Below, piece by piece: positions 19,021-28,978 of a stretch of DNA of 64,000 nt (position 1 is the stretch's first letter; the number at the start of each line of letters is the position of its first letter). Location: positions 203-64,202 of IMG/VR virus record IMGVR_UViG_2778261584_000002. The stretch is one strand, 5' to 3'. Origin of the DNA: a virus. The position numbers and the translations under genes were made by a program. Under the pieces are notes generated by a model, which saw only the letters and a list, made by a program, of their open reading frames with translations, made no database searches and was not told where the DNA came from.

Positions 19021-21243
19021 ATGTCTAATTCAGCAAGTGGCTTACAGTATGATGAACTTGGGTTTCTTATTGGCCTGAAGCAAACAGGAAAAGACGTATC
19101 CAAAATTGATAAAAACGTGGAGCAAATCCGCGATATTTTAATTGGTTTGCACAAAGATATTGAGAACCAATATTCGCGACAAGAGGACCAACCAAAACCA
19201 AAATTAAGCGCGTTAGAACAAGCACTCATTGATGCCCAGATTAAACCAGCTGATTTTTCTGATCTAATCCGCGAACAGGCAAATCCTTTAGTTCAATCTT
19301 CACTAGCTTTAGACCGTGTTGCTAAGTCTATTGAGGACTTAATAGCTGAATCAACTAAAACAGAAGATAGCAAACCACAGCCTAAAGCAAAGCCTAAACG
19401 CCGTGCGATTGAAATCAATAGCACTGAGGACGTTATAAGAGAATTTGGCAATACTGGTGAACGTCGACGTGATGCTAATGGGCGTTTCATAGGAGCTAAT
19501 TCAGAACAATCAACATTAGGCAAACTTGCTCAGACTATAGGTAGCACGATTAAGGGCGTAATGCCTTCAAATCCGCAAGGTGTAGACCCTACACTTGACG
19601 CAATTAATGAAGTTGCGACGGTACTATCACCAGTGAAGCGAGCTGCTGGATTTATGCTACGTCCGCTTACTGGTTGGATGAAGTCACGCAAACGTAATGA
19701 GCCCTTGCCTAAAGAACAAAGTGACCATAATCGAAAACAAGTAAAACTACTTCAGCGAATTGCTGATAATTTGCAATCTAGGGGCGGTTTGCTTGGTGGA
19801 TTAGGAAAGCTACTTGGTGCTGGTGGTGGTCTACTAGGTGGCCTTTTGGGTGGTCTACTTGGCAAAGGTAAAGGCTTAGGCAAAGGTCTAGCTAAAATCC
19901 TTAAATTTGGTAAAGGATTACCTGTAATTGGCGCATTACTCACAGCTATGTCATTTAGCGATTGGGGTACTAAATCAACTAAAGAAAAGGGCGGTACAGT
20001 AGGTTCGGCTGTTGGTGGAGTTGCTGGTGGTGCGATAGGAAGTATCTTTGGTCCCGTTGGGACAATTGCAGGGGCAGCAATTGGTTCATGGGTTGGTGAG
20101 AAGCTAGGTGGTATCGTAGCGCCGTATGTAAAAGAATGGACGGATTCTTTAATTGAGGCTGATATACCGTCAATGATTTCAAAGCTTGTCAGTGCTGCTT
20201 TGAAACTTACACCTGCTGGAATGGCTAAGTCCCTGTATGACTGGGGTAAAGAAAAATGGAATGAAAAATTTAATGGACAACCTAATCCAAGTTACCTGTT
20301 AAGAAGCCAATATGGTGGGAAAGGGGAAAATGGTGGGGAGCCAGTTAAGTTTGGGGCTGCTGCAAATAATACAAATAGCTCAGCTATCACGAAGATTGTG
20401 ACTCCTAGAAGTGGTAGGTCAAATATAGTTGAATTAGCTGATGGTTCGGTGGTTAAGCGCACTGGTAATAGGAATTGGAGAAATAATAATCCTGGCAATA
20501 TTGAATATGGCGAATTAGCAAAAAAATATGGAGCAATAGGTTCTGATGGTAGATTCGCAATTTTTCCAGATTATGATTCTGGTCGAAATGCAAAAGAACA
20601 TTTAATCTTTGAAAGTAACAGGGCAAAAAGTTTGTCTACTAGATTAGATTATGGGCAAGGCTTAGGATATAAAGATAAAACTTTAAAGCAAACAATAGCT
20701 TCATATGCGCCAATTGAAGATAATAACGATACATTAAAATATCAACGGAATATATTGGCTGCGGTTAATGGACAAAATAAGAAAATGTCTGAATACTCTG
20801 CTGCGGATAGAAAAAAAATTATGGATGCAATGGAAAAAGAAGAAGGTTTTTCGATTGGTAAAACTCAGATAATCCAAAATGCAAAAGTAACACCTCAAAA
20901 TAATACAATATCAAGCAAAAAGTCATCACCATTGGCACATTCAGAGATATCGAAAAATGCAGAATCAATCGTACAAAAGGCAAAAGACAATGTACCAGTT
21001 TTGAATATGCAATCTTCAATTAAACCTTTAGCTGCGCGCACAAACACGTGGGATGCTAGTTATAGACCTCCAAAAGTTGATACAAATGTGCTTCCAGCAA
21101 AAGAATTTTTAACATCACCTACACCACAGGAGGTTATTGTTACTAATCAAAATAGTGGTAATATCAATCAAAATGTGAGCAATAGATTATTAGCTCATGC
21201 AATAACAGGTGGCTTAGGTATGGGGGATAAATGGAATGCTTAA
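19021..21243 (+). CDS. Tape-measure-like protein with lysozyme-like domain (P1 Sit analogue)
   Basis: Gly/Leu-rich GGLLGG repeats, GGAIGS..GPVGT hydrophobic block, RNWRNNNPGNI..GRFAIF motif. Confidence 0.75.
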   Translation: MSNSASGLQYDELGFLIGLKQTGKDVSKIDKNVEQIRDILIGLHKDIENQYSRQEDQPKPKLSALEQALIDAQIKPADFSDLIREQANPLVQSSLALDRVAKSIEDLIAESTKTEDSKPQPKAKPKRRAIEINSTEDVIREFGNTGERRRDANGRFIGANSEQSTLGKLAQTIGSTIKGVMPSNPQGVDPTLDAINEVATVLSPVKRAAGFMLRPLTGWMKSRKRNEPLPKEQSDHNRKQVKLLQRIADNLQSRGGLLGGLGKLLGAGGGLLGGLLGGLLGKGKGLGKGLAKILKFGKGLPVIGALLTAMSFSDWGTKSTKEKGGTVGSAVGGVAGGAIGSIFGPVGTIAGAAIGSWVGEKLGGIVAPYVKEWTDSLIEADIPSMISKLVSAALKLTPAGMAKSLYDWGKEKWNEKFNGQPNPSYLLRSQYGGKGENGGEPVKFGAAANNTNSSAITKIVTPRSGRSNIVELADGSVVKRTGNRNWRNNNPGNIEYGELAKKYGAIGSDGRFAIFPDYDSGRNAKEHLIFESNRAKSLSTRLDYGQGLGYKDKTLKQTIASYAPIEDNNDTLKYQRNILAAVNGQNKKMSEYSAADRKKIMDAMEKEEGFSIGKTQIIQNAKVTPQNNTISSKKSSPLAHSEISKNAESIVQKAKDNVPVLNMQSSIKPLAARTNTWDASYRPPKVDTNVLPAKEFLTSPTPQEVIVTNQNSGNINQNVSNRLLAHAITGGLGMGDKWNA

Positions 21244-21529
21244 AAAATTAATAATCGGTTCACTAATGTTTTCGCCTTTAATTCTTGTACATGCAGGATA
21301 TTTTCCGCCTAAAGATGTCCAAAGTCTTATAGAGAAAACAGAGATACTAGATGATAAGTGTCGTGGTGGTTCAGGGGATGATCCTAAAACTATGAAAGCA
21401 TGTGATGAACGAGAACATATAATAAAAAAAATTGAAAAAAAGGGGTATTGCTGGGGGGCATTTCGTAGTGATGCTTCAGAATCTGCTAAGCAATGGATTC
21501 CTTGTAAATTAGATAAGACAAAACAATAG
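21236..21529 (+). CDS. Small exported Cys-rich protein
   Basis: Signal peptide (..LVHA), four Cys, CRGGSGDD..AC..CWG; overlaps the stop of the upstream gene. Confidence 0.75.
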   Translation: MLKKLIIGSLMFSPLILVHAGYFPPKDVQSLIEKTEILDDKCRGGSGDDPKTMKACDEREHIIKKIEKKGYCWGAFRSDASESAKQWIPCKLDKTKQ

Positions 21530-21613
21530 TTTGCGCCATAAAATCACTAGATTTATCATCATAAATCTAGTGATACTGTTTGTAAGTTTAATATAGAAAT
21601 TAGAGTTAATAAC

Positions 21614-22129
21614 ATGGAAAAATTTATTATCAGCTTAGTCATTTTATTAAGTATTTCAGCATTAGCAGATGCTGCTGATACAGAAGCACAACCTAAAGAA
21701 GTTAAAGCAAATCAATACACAAAATGTGCTTCAAGTGCATTAACCACAGGATTAATAAAAACAGCTTTTAACCAGCAAAGTGATAGAGAGTCACAAGCTC
21801 TTATTTTTGGTGGAGCAGGAATGGCATTGTATGCTGGTTACTTATCTTCTCCTGAATATGCTTTGAACAGCTATAAAACACATCAACAAAAAATAAAGTC
21901 GGACTCTTTAAAATATATTAGTAATGGAAATAGAAACGAAATTTATAAGTTTACAGTTTCGTATCTAGTACCAAAAAATGAAAAATGCGAGCCTTTATTT
22001 AGAGAGCTTGGAGTAATTTTAAAGAACAAAGATGCTGATTGGGATAACTTTAAAAATTCAGATCAAGCCAAGAAGTTAATAGAGGATATAACGCAAGCTT
22101 CCAAGGAAATGATTGCTGGTAAAAATTAA
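21614..22129 (+). CDS. Exported protein (moron)
   Basis: Signal peptide ..ISALA; TTGCGC-N17-TATCAT promoter at 21531-21559. Confidence 0.75.
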   Translation: MEKFIISLVILLSISALADAADTEAQPKEVKANQYTKCASSALTTGLIKTAFNQQSDRESQALIFGGAGMALYAGYLSSPEYALNSYKTHQQKIKSDSLKYISNGNRNEIYKFTVSYLVPKNEKCEPLFRELGVILKNKDADWDNFKNSDQAKKLIEDITQASKEMIAGKN

Positions 22130-22155
22130 AATTAAATAGTGAAATAAAAAGACTT

Positions 22156-22509
22156 ATGCATATGAAAACTAAATTTATAATTTTAACAATTCTTACAACT
22201 TTATTTGCTGGTTGCCAAAAGCAACCTGAAACAAAGCTAACTGATGCTGAACTTTCAAAAGTAGAAGCTCAATTCAATGAATCGGATAAAAAAATAGGTG
22301 AGTATTTAGATGTACTTGATGATCCTAAAGCATCTAAAGAGCTGCAAACAAAAATACTTTGTGAGGATTATCCACGGCTTTATAACACAGTGTATATGCC
22401 AGCACTATTAAAGCTATCACCAAAAGAGAATAATGAGATGAGCTTAAAGAAAGATTTGAAGTTAGCTACTGACTATTATGCAAACAAGTTGAGTATTAAG
22501 TGTACTTAA
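22156..22509 (+). CDS. Lipoprotein (moron)
   Basis: Lipobox LFAG-C. Confidence 0.8.
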   Translation: MHMKTKFIILTILTTLFAGCQKQPETKLTDAELSKVEAQFNESDKKIGEYLDVLDDPKASKELQTKILCEDYPRLYNTVYMPALLKLSPKENNEMSLKKDLKLATDYYANKLSIKCT

Positions 22510-22574
22510 TTCATTGAAAATTTAAATAAATCTTGCTTATAAGTCGATATAGGCGTACAAAGCTAACTCGTCGG

Positions 22575-22651
<77 letters not shown>

Positions 22652-23225
22652 ATTAAAACTACTATCTGACTTGGGTAAGTAGTAAAAAATAGTTCACATA
22701 AGTGGACTTTTTTTGCACCTATAATTTTTCATTTTCATGAAGAAGTCTTAAATGGCTTTATCACTAGAAAACTATATTTATTCAAATTTAAGTTTAGGAT
22801 TACAAAAAATAATTTAGATTGTTAAACATAAAACAAAACATTACTTATCACATAAAATTAAAATAACTGGAGGATATGTAAGTTATTGAAACTATATACT
22901 GTTGTTATGTTCAATATCATATAATTTTATATCGTTAGCTTGGAAATCTCTTGCATGGCTGCATATAGTATTTATAATTGCATAAATTGATAGTGAACTT
23001 ATGCACAAAGTTGTTCACAATCAATTCCACAGTGAGTTAGGAGTAGAGTTCATGCCAAAAATACAACCTTTTTTAGATCACCCAAAAGTGCTCTTGAGTG
23101 GTTGGATGTATCTTCCTACCGCTAATAAGCATTTTATTTAAACGGATTTGTAATTATAAAAAAATCAACATATGGGGATAAGCTTATGAAACATATATTT
23201 ATGAATAACTTCTATGAGGGCTGGG

Positions 23226-23894
23226 ATGGCTAATCACACATCTAGTCTTAATAAAGGCAGTGTAACGTTCTTGTTAGCGTTAACTGCCTTTTTAGTATCC
23301 ATGTTTTTAATTGCTGGGAATATTTACAGTTTATTAAACTTAGGACAATGGAAAATTCCTGATTGGTTAGTTTTTTCTCAACTAATTGTGTTTGCTGTTT
23401 CTGCTTACATAGCTTATTCAACTATTCATTCATCACGTGATACAGCTCGTGAGCGTGCTACGCTAGATACAATACTAGATGACAATAAAGATGAAACCTT
23501 ATTTCATTCTAAAACAGTTGTATTAAGATTTAATGATAAGCCAGATAAGTATTTTTCTGAGTTAAAAGACACAGTAAGTTCTCGTAAAACGTTAGCAAGC
23601 CTGTTAAGTGTTGAGGAGGGAGAACTTACAGAACAAGAAGCCATTGTAAGGATGCACCTTTTAAAAGTATTAAACCGGTATGAGTTTTATGCTATTGGTA
23701 TAAATAAAAACTTATTAGATGAAGAAATGTTTAAAAGAATGTATTGTTCTACAATGCTTAAATTTTGGGCAATTTGTAATCCAGCCGTTTCCCAGCTCAG
23801 AGAAACAGTTAAGAAAGATACTTTGTTTAAAGAATTTGAATGTTTAGCAATTCGATGGAAAGCAAAGCCTCTAAAAAGTAATGATATAAAATGA
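23226..23894 (+). CDS. DUF4760-like membrane-anchored protein (moron)
   Basis: Two TM helices, R.RATLD, VLNRYEFYAIGI...LDEEMFK, F.EFE.LA.RW. Confidence 0.75.
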   Translation: MANHTSSLNKGSVTFLLALTAFLVSMFLIAGNIYSLLNLGQWKIPDWLVFSQLIVFAVSAYIAYSTIHSSRDTARERATLDTILDDNKDETLFHSKTVVLRFNDKPDKYFSELKDTVSSRKTLASLLSVEEGELTEQEAIVRMHLLKVLNRYEFYAIGINKNLLDEEMFKRMYCSTMLKFWAICNPAVSQLRETVKKDTLFKEFECLAIRWKAKPLKSNDIK

Positions 23895-23907
23895 AACACT
23901 AAGTTTT

Positions 23908-23948
23908 TGGAACTTCTAAATTAACAGTTTTTGATATTAAGTGAGAAT
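23908..23948 (+). promoter_or_regulatory. Late promoter motif 2
   Basis: TGGAAC-N29-GAGAAT plus AGAATAGC/GCTATTCT hairpin. Confidence 0.75.
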
Positions 23949-23977
23949 AGCTCTATATTTTATAAGGCTATTCTTAT

Positions 23978-25354
23978 ATGGGTACTTTAAACTTAACGGC
24001 AGTTACACCAGATACGCCGTATATCAAAAAAATCAAATCAGCTTTGGAAAAGGCAACAGGTCAAAGCATTCCATTGGTTGAAATTAAAAAGGTTCAGCGT
24101 AAAGGTGGTGTAAGCGTTGTACCTATCTTTTTAGTATTTGCTGGTGGACAAGAGCTAACACTTTTCGCTCGTGCAAGTGCAGATGTCTTCAAATCTGAAT
24201 TGAATGGAAAAGAGATCGTTTTACCAGGTGATTTCAGTGACGATTACCAACAGACTTTTGATAACGCCGTTTCAGGGATTGCCAAACTGATTCGTGAGGC
24301 TCAGCCGAAGGTGGAACAACAGAACCAAAAAGAAAAGGTTAAATTGCCACCACGAAAAAATCGTAGTATCCAGCAGCAAATCAGTGATAAGCGTGAAGAA
24401 GAAACACAACTCGATCAAGAGCTATCAAATCTGACAGCACAACGAGATCAACTTCTCGATCAATTAAAACAAGCACAAATACAAATGGAGGGTGGTGTAG
24501 CCACTCAGGGAAAGCAGATAGCTGAGGGACAATCCTCGGCTTTTGATTCAATTGATTGGGATGAAAAGCAGCATCCAAGAGATGAGAATGGGAAATTTAG
24601 TGTAAAATCAAACTCCAAAAAATCAAATCAACATCGTAATATGCCTTTATACCGTACTGATTGGGGTGATTTCCCCAATACAGTAATAGACCGCTCTCTT
24701 GGTGATGCAACCTCACATCCTCTATATGAGTCAGCGAAAAGTGGAAATATTGAGGATGCATATCAACTTGCAAAAGATTTAGTTTCTAACGATGCGATTA
24801 ATCGGTTATCAGGGATTATCGGTGAGCGCAATATTACGATTGTTCCTGTTCATGCTGAAGAATCGGTTGGTCGAAATATGATTCCTTTAGCCACAGCAAT
24901 CGTTATTGCAAAAAAACTTGGTGTTGAAGTGGACAGTAATATTGTTCAAGCTATAAAGGTTTCAAGAACGGGTGGAGATGGTTGGCATCGGTTAGCAAAC
25001 CCTCCAAGTTTTGATGGTATGTTAAACGATAATAATCATGTTATTATGATTGACGACACCCAAACACAAGGTGGCACGTTTGCTGCTTTGAAAGGACATG
25101 TTGAAGCACTTGGTTCTAATAGGGTGATTGGAGCGTATGCTTTAACTGGTAAGCAATATTCATCCCAGTTGAAGTTAAATGAAACTACATTATCTGAATT
25201 GAGAGTAAAATATGGCGATCTTGAAAATTGGTGGAAATCAACATTCGGGTATGACTTTAAAAAACTCACCGAGTGGGAAGCAAAATACATCCTCAACTCA
25301 GGTAAAACAGTTGACGAAGTCAGAGATCGAATCATTGCGTCAAAACAAACGTGA
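23978..25354 (+). CDS. Hdf/DarA-N-like virion protein fused to a phosphoribosyltransferase domain
   Basis: N-terminal domain resembles P1 Hdf; coiled coil; FDS; WDEKQHPRDENGKF; PRPP motif VIMIDDTQTQGGT. Confidence 0.75.
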   Translation: MGTLNLTAVTPDTPYIKKIKSALEKATGQSIPLVEIKKVQRKGGVSVVPIFLVFAGGQELTLFARASADVFKSELNGKEIVLPGDFSDDYQQTFDNAVSGIAKLIREAQPKVEQQNQKEKVKLPPRKNRSIQQQISDKREEETQLDQELSNLTAQRDQLLDQLKQAQIQMEGGVATQGKQIAEGQSSAFDSIDWDEKQHPRDENGKFSVKSNSKKSNQHRNMPLYRTDWGDFPNTVIDRSLGDATSHPLYESAKSGNIEDAYQLAKDLVSNDAINRLSGIIGERNITIVPVHAEESVGRNMIPLATAIVIAKKLGVEVDSNIVQAIKVSRTGGDGWHRLANPPSFDGMLNDNNHVIMIDDTQTQGGTFAALKGHVEALGSNRVIGAYALTGKQYSSQLKLNETTLSELRVKYGDLENWWKSTFGYDFKKLTEWEAKYILNSGKTVDEVRDRIIASKQT

Positions 25355-25409
25355 AGCTCATGCAATTATGATGCAACTTAACTAACAAAAAATTAAACTA
25401 ATTCTTTCA

Positions 25410-25437
25410 AAAAAAGACTACTTCGGTAGTCTTTTTT
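25410..25437. terminator. Bidirectional terminator
   Basis: AAAAAAGACTAC-TTCG-GTAGTCTTTTTT. Confidence 0.85.
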
Positions 25438-25439
25438 AT

Positions 25440-25480
25440 TGGAACAAGAATAAAAAATAGTAGCTCTGAAGCAATAACCT
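25440..25480 (+). promoter_or_regulatory. Late promoter motif 3
   Basis: TGGAAC-N29-TAACCT. Confidence 0.65.
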
Positions 25481-25504
25481 AAACATAAAGCTTTGGAGTC
25501 AGCC

Positions 25505-25870
25505 ATGTATCTTAATTATCAATCTGTGATTGTCGATATTTTCATTATTACTTCATTTATTTTGCACGTATATCTAGCATTTGGCAGTATTAAAACAATG
25601 TCTGGACCTTTATCAGCTTTGTTAAATAAGGGTGTTACGGATGTTATTTATAAGAAAGTAAAACGATTGATTTTTGGTTTGTCATTTCTCTGTTTATGTC
25701 TTTCTTGTCTTGTTACTTGGCGAAGCTATGAGTTGCTTTTATTCCTGAATGTGAATGGCTATGGACTTTATATTCTTTTAAGCACTTTTTTACTCTATAG
25801 CTTTGCGATTTTAGCAGCTTTCACTTTCTGTAAATTGTTGTTGATGACAGCACAAAGGTCAGGCTTATGA
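25505..25870 (+). CDS. 3-TM membrane protein (holin-like?)
   Basis: Three hydrophobic helices; first gene of a late operon. Confidence 0.55.
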   Translation: MYLNYQSVIVDIFIITSFILHVYLAFGSIKTMSGPLSALLNKGVTDVIYKKVKRLIFGLSFLCLCLSCLVTWRSYELLLFLNVNGYGLYILLSTFLLYSFAILAAFTFCKLLLMTAQRSGL

Positions 25871-26205
25871 TCGATTACAACAAAATCTTAGCAATGATTG
25901 CGCATTGGTTAGAGTCAGAGATCAATGGATATATTGGTTCAGATTATGGCCCAGACTTTAATAGTTTGTTTTTAGCACCGTTAAGCGCACCAGTCGCCAA
26001 TACATTTATTCAAAAAATGAAAAGCGATATTCCGATCTTAAAGCAGTTAAGCGCAGATCAATTTCAGATGTGGGCACAAGACGAAGGTTTTGAGACCAAA
26101 ATTATCTATTTAAGAATTGGTCAACAGATCGTAATTAATTTAAATGAAGTGCGCGAGAAGCAATTAGCGCGAAATGGAGAAACCTTCGATGTTGACGCAA
26201 GCTGA
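25867..26205 (+). CDS. Baseplate wedge/sheath initiator (gp25-like)
   Basis: HWL....GYIGSDYG motif; precedes J-like gene. Confidence 0.55.
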   Translation: MIDYNKILAMIAHWLESEINGYIGSDYGPDFNSLFLAPLSAPVANTFIQKMKSDIPILKQLSADQFQMWAQDEGFETKIIYLRIGQQIVINLNEVREKQLARNGETFDVDAS

Positions 26206-27631
26206 TTTTGAAGCACGATTGATTGCCAATATAGATGATTTTGAAATACTGGAACGGTATAACGCACAAGATCCAATCGTCCTAAGGTTCTTACGCTCTT
26301 TAGGTGCATATCTAGCATTATTCGGTCAAGAATTTGAAATCTCAGAACTTGAACCATTTGTAAAAACTCGTGATCGTTCAGTTATAGCGGATGCGACGAA
26401 TAAGGGTATTCTACCTATTGGGATGCCAACACAGCATATTTTGGAGGTTATCAATCGATCAGCGAATAGTATTACGCTCAGCCAAGGACGATTAATTGAG
26501 GACAATAGTGGTGGGCGGTATTGGAGATTATTACAACCAGTCACAGTTCAAGCTGGGTCTACTGGGGAAGTAACAGTAGAACAAAGTGAATACAGAGAAG
26601 TGCAATACACCGTCGCAAATTCAGAGACTTTTCATCGTGTCGAACTAAAGTTACAAGATGATCTGGCATTAGCTGGATTGTCTGTTCGTGATAATACAAA
26701 TCAGAACTATATTCAAAAAAAACGTTGGATGAATGTAGCACCTTTGGAATATGCATTTAATCTTACAACGGACAGCCTACGCCGTATATTTATTGAGTTT
26801 GGGGATGATGACAGAGCAGGTCGAACAGCTGCAGCAAACCAGACGTTTACTTTTGGTATTCTTGAGACCTATGGTGACGTTGACGTTTCAAGGCTAAAAG
26901 ATGCCTCCTTAGCTGAAGTTTTAACTTTAGATGAAACTAAAGTATCAGTACGTTTTAAGCAAGGAGCTGTAGTTCGGCAAGGTGCAGACCCACTTAATAT
27001 TTCACAGTTAAAAGTGCTTTCGACATATCCTGCACTCTATGATGAAAATGCAGTTTTCTTAGGTAATTTTGATTACTTAGTACGGCAAAAGTATATGGCC
27101 CGATGCCACTATATCGCCGTATGGAATGAGAACGAACAGAATCGATATTACGGTGTTACTTACCAAGATATTAACCATTTACATATCGCCATAGTTGCAA
27201 AGAATAATTTAGAGCAAGCAAGCTTAGAGCAAGAAATCATTCAATATATTGGTCAACTTGATAGTCTTTATAAAGAGAGAGTACGTGTTCATATCGTGGA
27301 AGAAAAACCATTTATTATCACTCTTAATGGCCGTTTAGCTTCTGTACATGACTTAGATGGAGTGAAAAGCCAGATTAAAGGGTTGTTGATTGAACGCTAT
27401 GGACGGACGCAATTAAGATCAAATCGTTGGTTAATGAATGGCTTTAATACACAAGAAATTTCTACACAACTCAGAAAAAATATTGTCGCCTTTCAAGATA
27501 ACATTAGTGATTTCTCTGTAAATGTTCCAAAGATTTTGAATAAACCACATGAATGGGTCTTTGTTACTAATGAGAGTATTACACTTAATATTGAGCGAAC
27601 AGCAGAGACAGGTGAAGCATGGTTCCTGTAA
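26189..27631 (+). CDS. Baseplate J-like wedge protein (P1 BplA analogue)
   Basis: IEFGD...G motif, size and synteny. Confidence 0.65.
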   Translation: MLTQADFEARLIANIDDFEILERYNAQDPIVLRFLRSLGAYLALFGQEFEISELEPFVKTRDRSVIADATNKGILPIGMPTQHILEVINRSANSITLSQGRLIEDNSGGRYWRLLQPVTVQAGSTGEVTVEQSEYREVQYTVANSETFHRVELKLQDDLALAGLSVRDNTNQNYIQKKRWMNVAPLEYAFNLTTDSLRRIFIEFGDDDRAGRTAAANQTFTFGILETYGDVDVSRLKDASLAEVLTLDETKVSVRFKQGAVVRQGADPLNISQLKVLSTYPALYDENAVFLGNFDYLVRQKYMARCHYIAVWNENEQNRYYGVTYQDINHLHIAIVAKNNLEQASLEQEIIQYIGQLDSLYKERVRVHIVEEKPFIITLNGRLASVHDLDGVKSQIKGLLIERYGRTQLRSNRWLMNGFNTQEISTQLRKNIVAFQDNISDFSVNVPKILNKPHEWVFVTNESITLNIERTAETGEAWFL

Positions 27632-28254
27632 GTTTTACTCGACCAATTGATGAGCAGCCAAACAACCACACAGGCTTAGAAACAGTAATGTCAAAGGCTT
27701 TTAAACAGGTCTTTGCAGACGTTTATCAGCAAAGATTACAGGATGTTTTGGACTATGGAGCGCCACATTTAGGCAGTCGTACGGTCGTAGATCGTTTTAC
27801 AAAAAAAGATGGATTAGTTGTTTTGCGCCGTCCATTTACGTCAGATACGTTAATGCGAGTGATTTATGCAAATTGGTCCAGTTTGGCAAGTGAGCGTGGA
27901 TTAGGCTTTCTTGAATTTATTTTGAGAATGATCTGGACAGATAAGTGGCAAATTAAAAGGATGTGGCATCCTATTAACTTAATTAATAGTTATCCCTTAT
28001 ATTTAACTGATGAAGAAAAACCTGATCATTTTCTAACTAGCCGTATTCAAATATCAATTGATGATTCAATAGAGCTTTCTGAAATTATTGAACTGTCACC
28101 AATTTTAAGAAGATTAGTTCCAGCTAATATTGTAGTAAAAGTTATCGCAAACGGATTAGAAACAGACCTAGAAAGTCATACGGACCTAAGCATAGCTGTA
28201 ATTGGCAAAAGTTATCTGATTTATGATGAAAGTGATGGGATAACTCAAAATTAA
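27619..28254 (+). CDS. Baseplate I-like protein
   Basis: ERGLGFLEFILR and LRRLVPANI motifs. Confidence 0.55.
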   Translation: MVPVSFTRPIDEQPNNHTGLETVMSKAFKQVFADVYQQRLQDVLDYGAPHLGSRTVVDRFTKKDGLVVLRRPFTSDTLMRVIYANWSSLASERGLGFLEFILRMIWTDKWQIKRMWHPINLINSYPLYLTDEEKPDHFLTSRIQISIDDSIELSEIIELSPILRRLVPANIVVKVIANGLETDLESHTDLSIAVIGKSYLIYDESDGITQN

Positions 28255-28295
28255 TTGCCCATAACCAGAAAGCAATTTGATACTCGTTTGATAAT

Positions 28296-28372
28296 TGGAA
28301 CTCAAGAAAACTAAGTACACCTAACAATGGTTTTATGTATTTGTTTGATGAAACAACATAAACCATTGTTAG
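28296..28372 (+). promoter_or_regulatory. Late promoter motif 4 (short-spacer variant) with 14-bp hairpin
   Basis: TGGAAC then AACAAT after only 21 nt; CCTAACAATGGTTT/AAACCATTGTTAGG covers the RBS. Confidence 0.45.
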
Positions 28373-28381
28373 GATTTATAC

Positions 28382-28837
28382 ATGACTCAAGACAATAATG
28401 AAGAAATTGCACTAACAACCGATGTGGGTAGTGATGGTGATCTTCTTGTGGAGCAATTCTTAGGGTTCGCAGATAAAGATATTGGCGACGAAGAATTTGA
28501 AAAATTAATGGCTGGTCAAACGGTAGAAGGCGTAACAGCCTATAAACCAGCAACCTATTACAAAATTTCAGCCGATCCTAGCTCTACTGACTATAACGAA
28601 CCTTTTGATATTCATCTCCATTTCCAAGATGGCCCAACATTTATTGATGGTGTGAATGGCGCGACCAATGAATCATTATTAAAGATCCTGATTCATCGTA
28701 CTCAATACCTAGACAGTAAATTCCCATCAGACCAGAACAAACAAGCTATTGCTGCTATGCAAACGGCTTTAGCTGCATTTGATGCACGCACAGCGGAACG
28801 TCAAGCGCGTGGTGTTGAAGGACAACAGGTCCAATAA
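28382..28837 (+). CDS. Tad1/Acb2-like signalling-molecule sponge (anti-defence)
   Basis: HFQDGP...GVNGATNESLL.ILI.R...FPS..N..AI..MQ.AL....R...R..RGVEG matches the Tad1 pattern. Confidence 0.65.
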   Translation: MTQDNNEEIALTTDVGSDGDLLVEQFLGFADKDIGDEEFEKLMAGQTVEGVTAYKPATYYKISADPSSTDYNEPFDIHLHFQDGPTFIDGVNGATNESLLKILIHRTQYLDSKFPSDQNKQAIAAMQTALAAFDARTAERQARGVEGQQVQ

Positions 28838-28978
28838 TCGATTTGACTAGACTCAGAGCCAAACTGCTCTGAGCATTTAAAAAATAATATATAAAATTGA
28901 TTTATGACTTTAAATATACTTTTAATTTAATAAAAAAATTAGTATCTTACGTGATATTAAGTTTTAGAGTTTTTATAA

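Noticed and set aside
19780..19920. GGLLGG-type nucleotide repeats
   Set aside because: Explained by the low-complexity Gly/Leu segment of the tape-measure protein.
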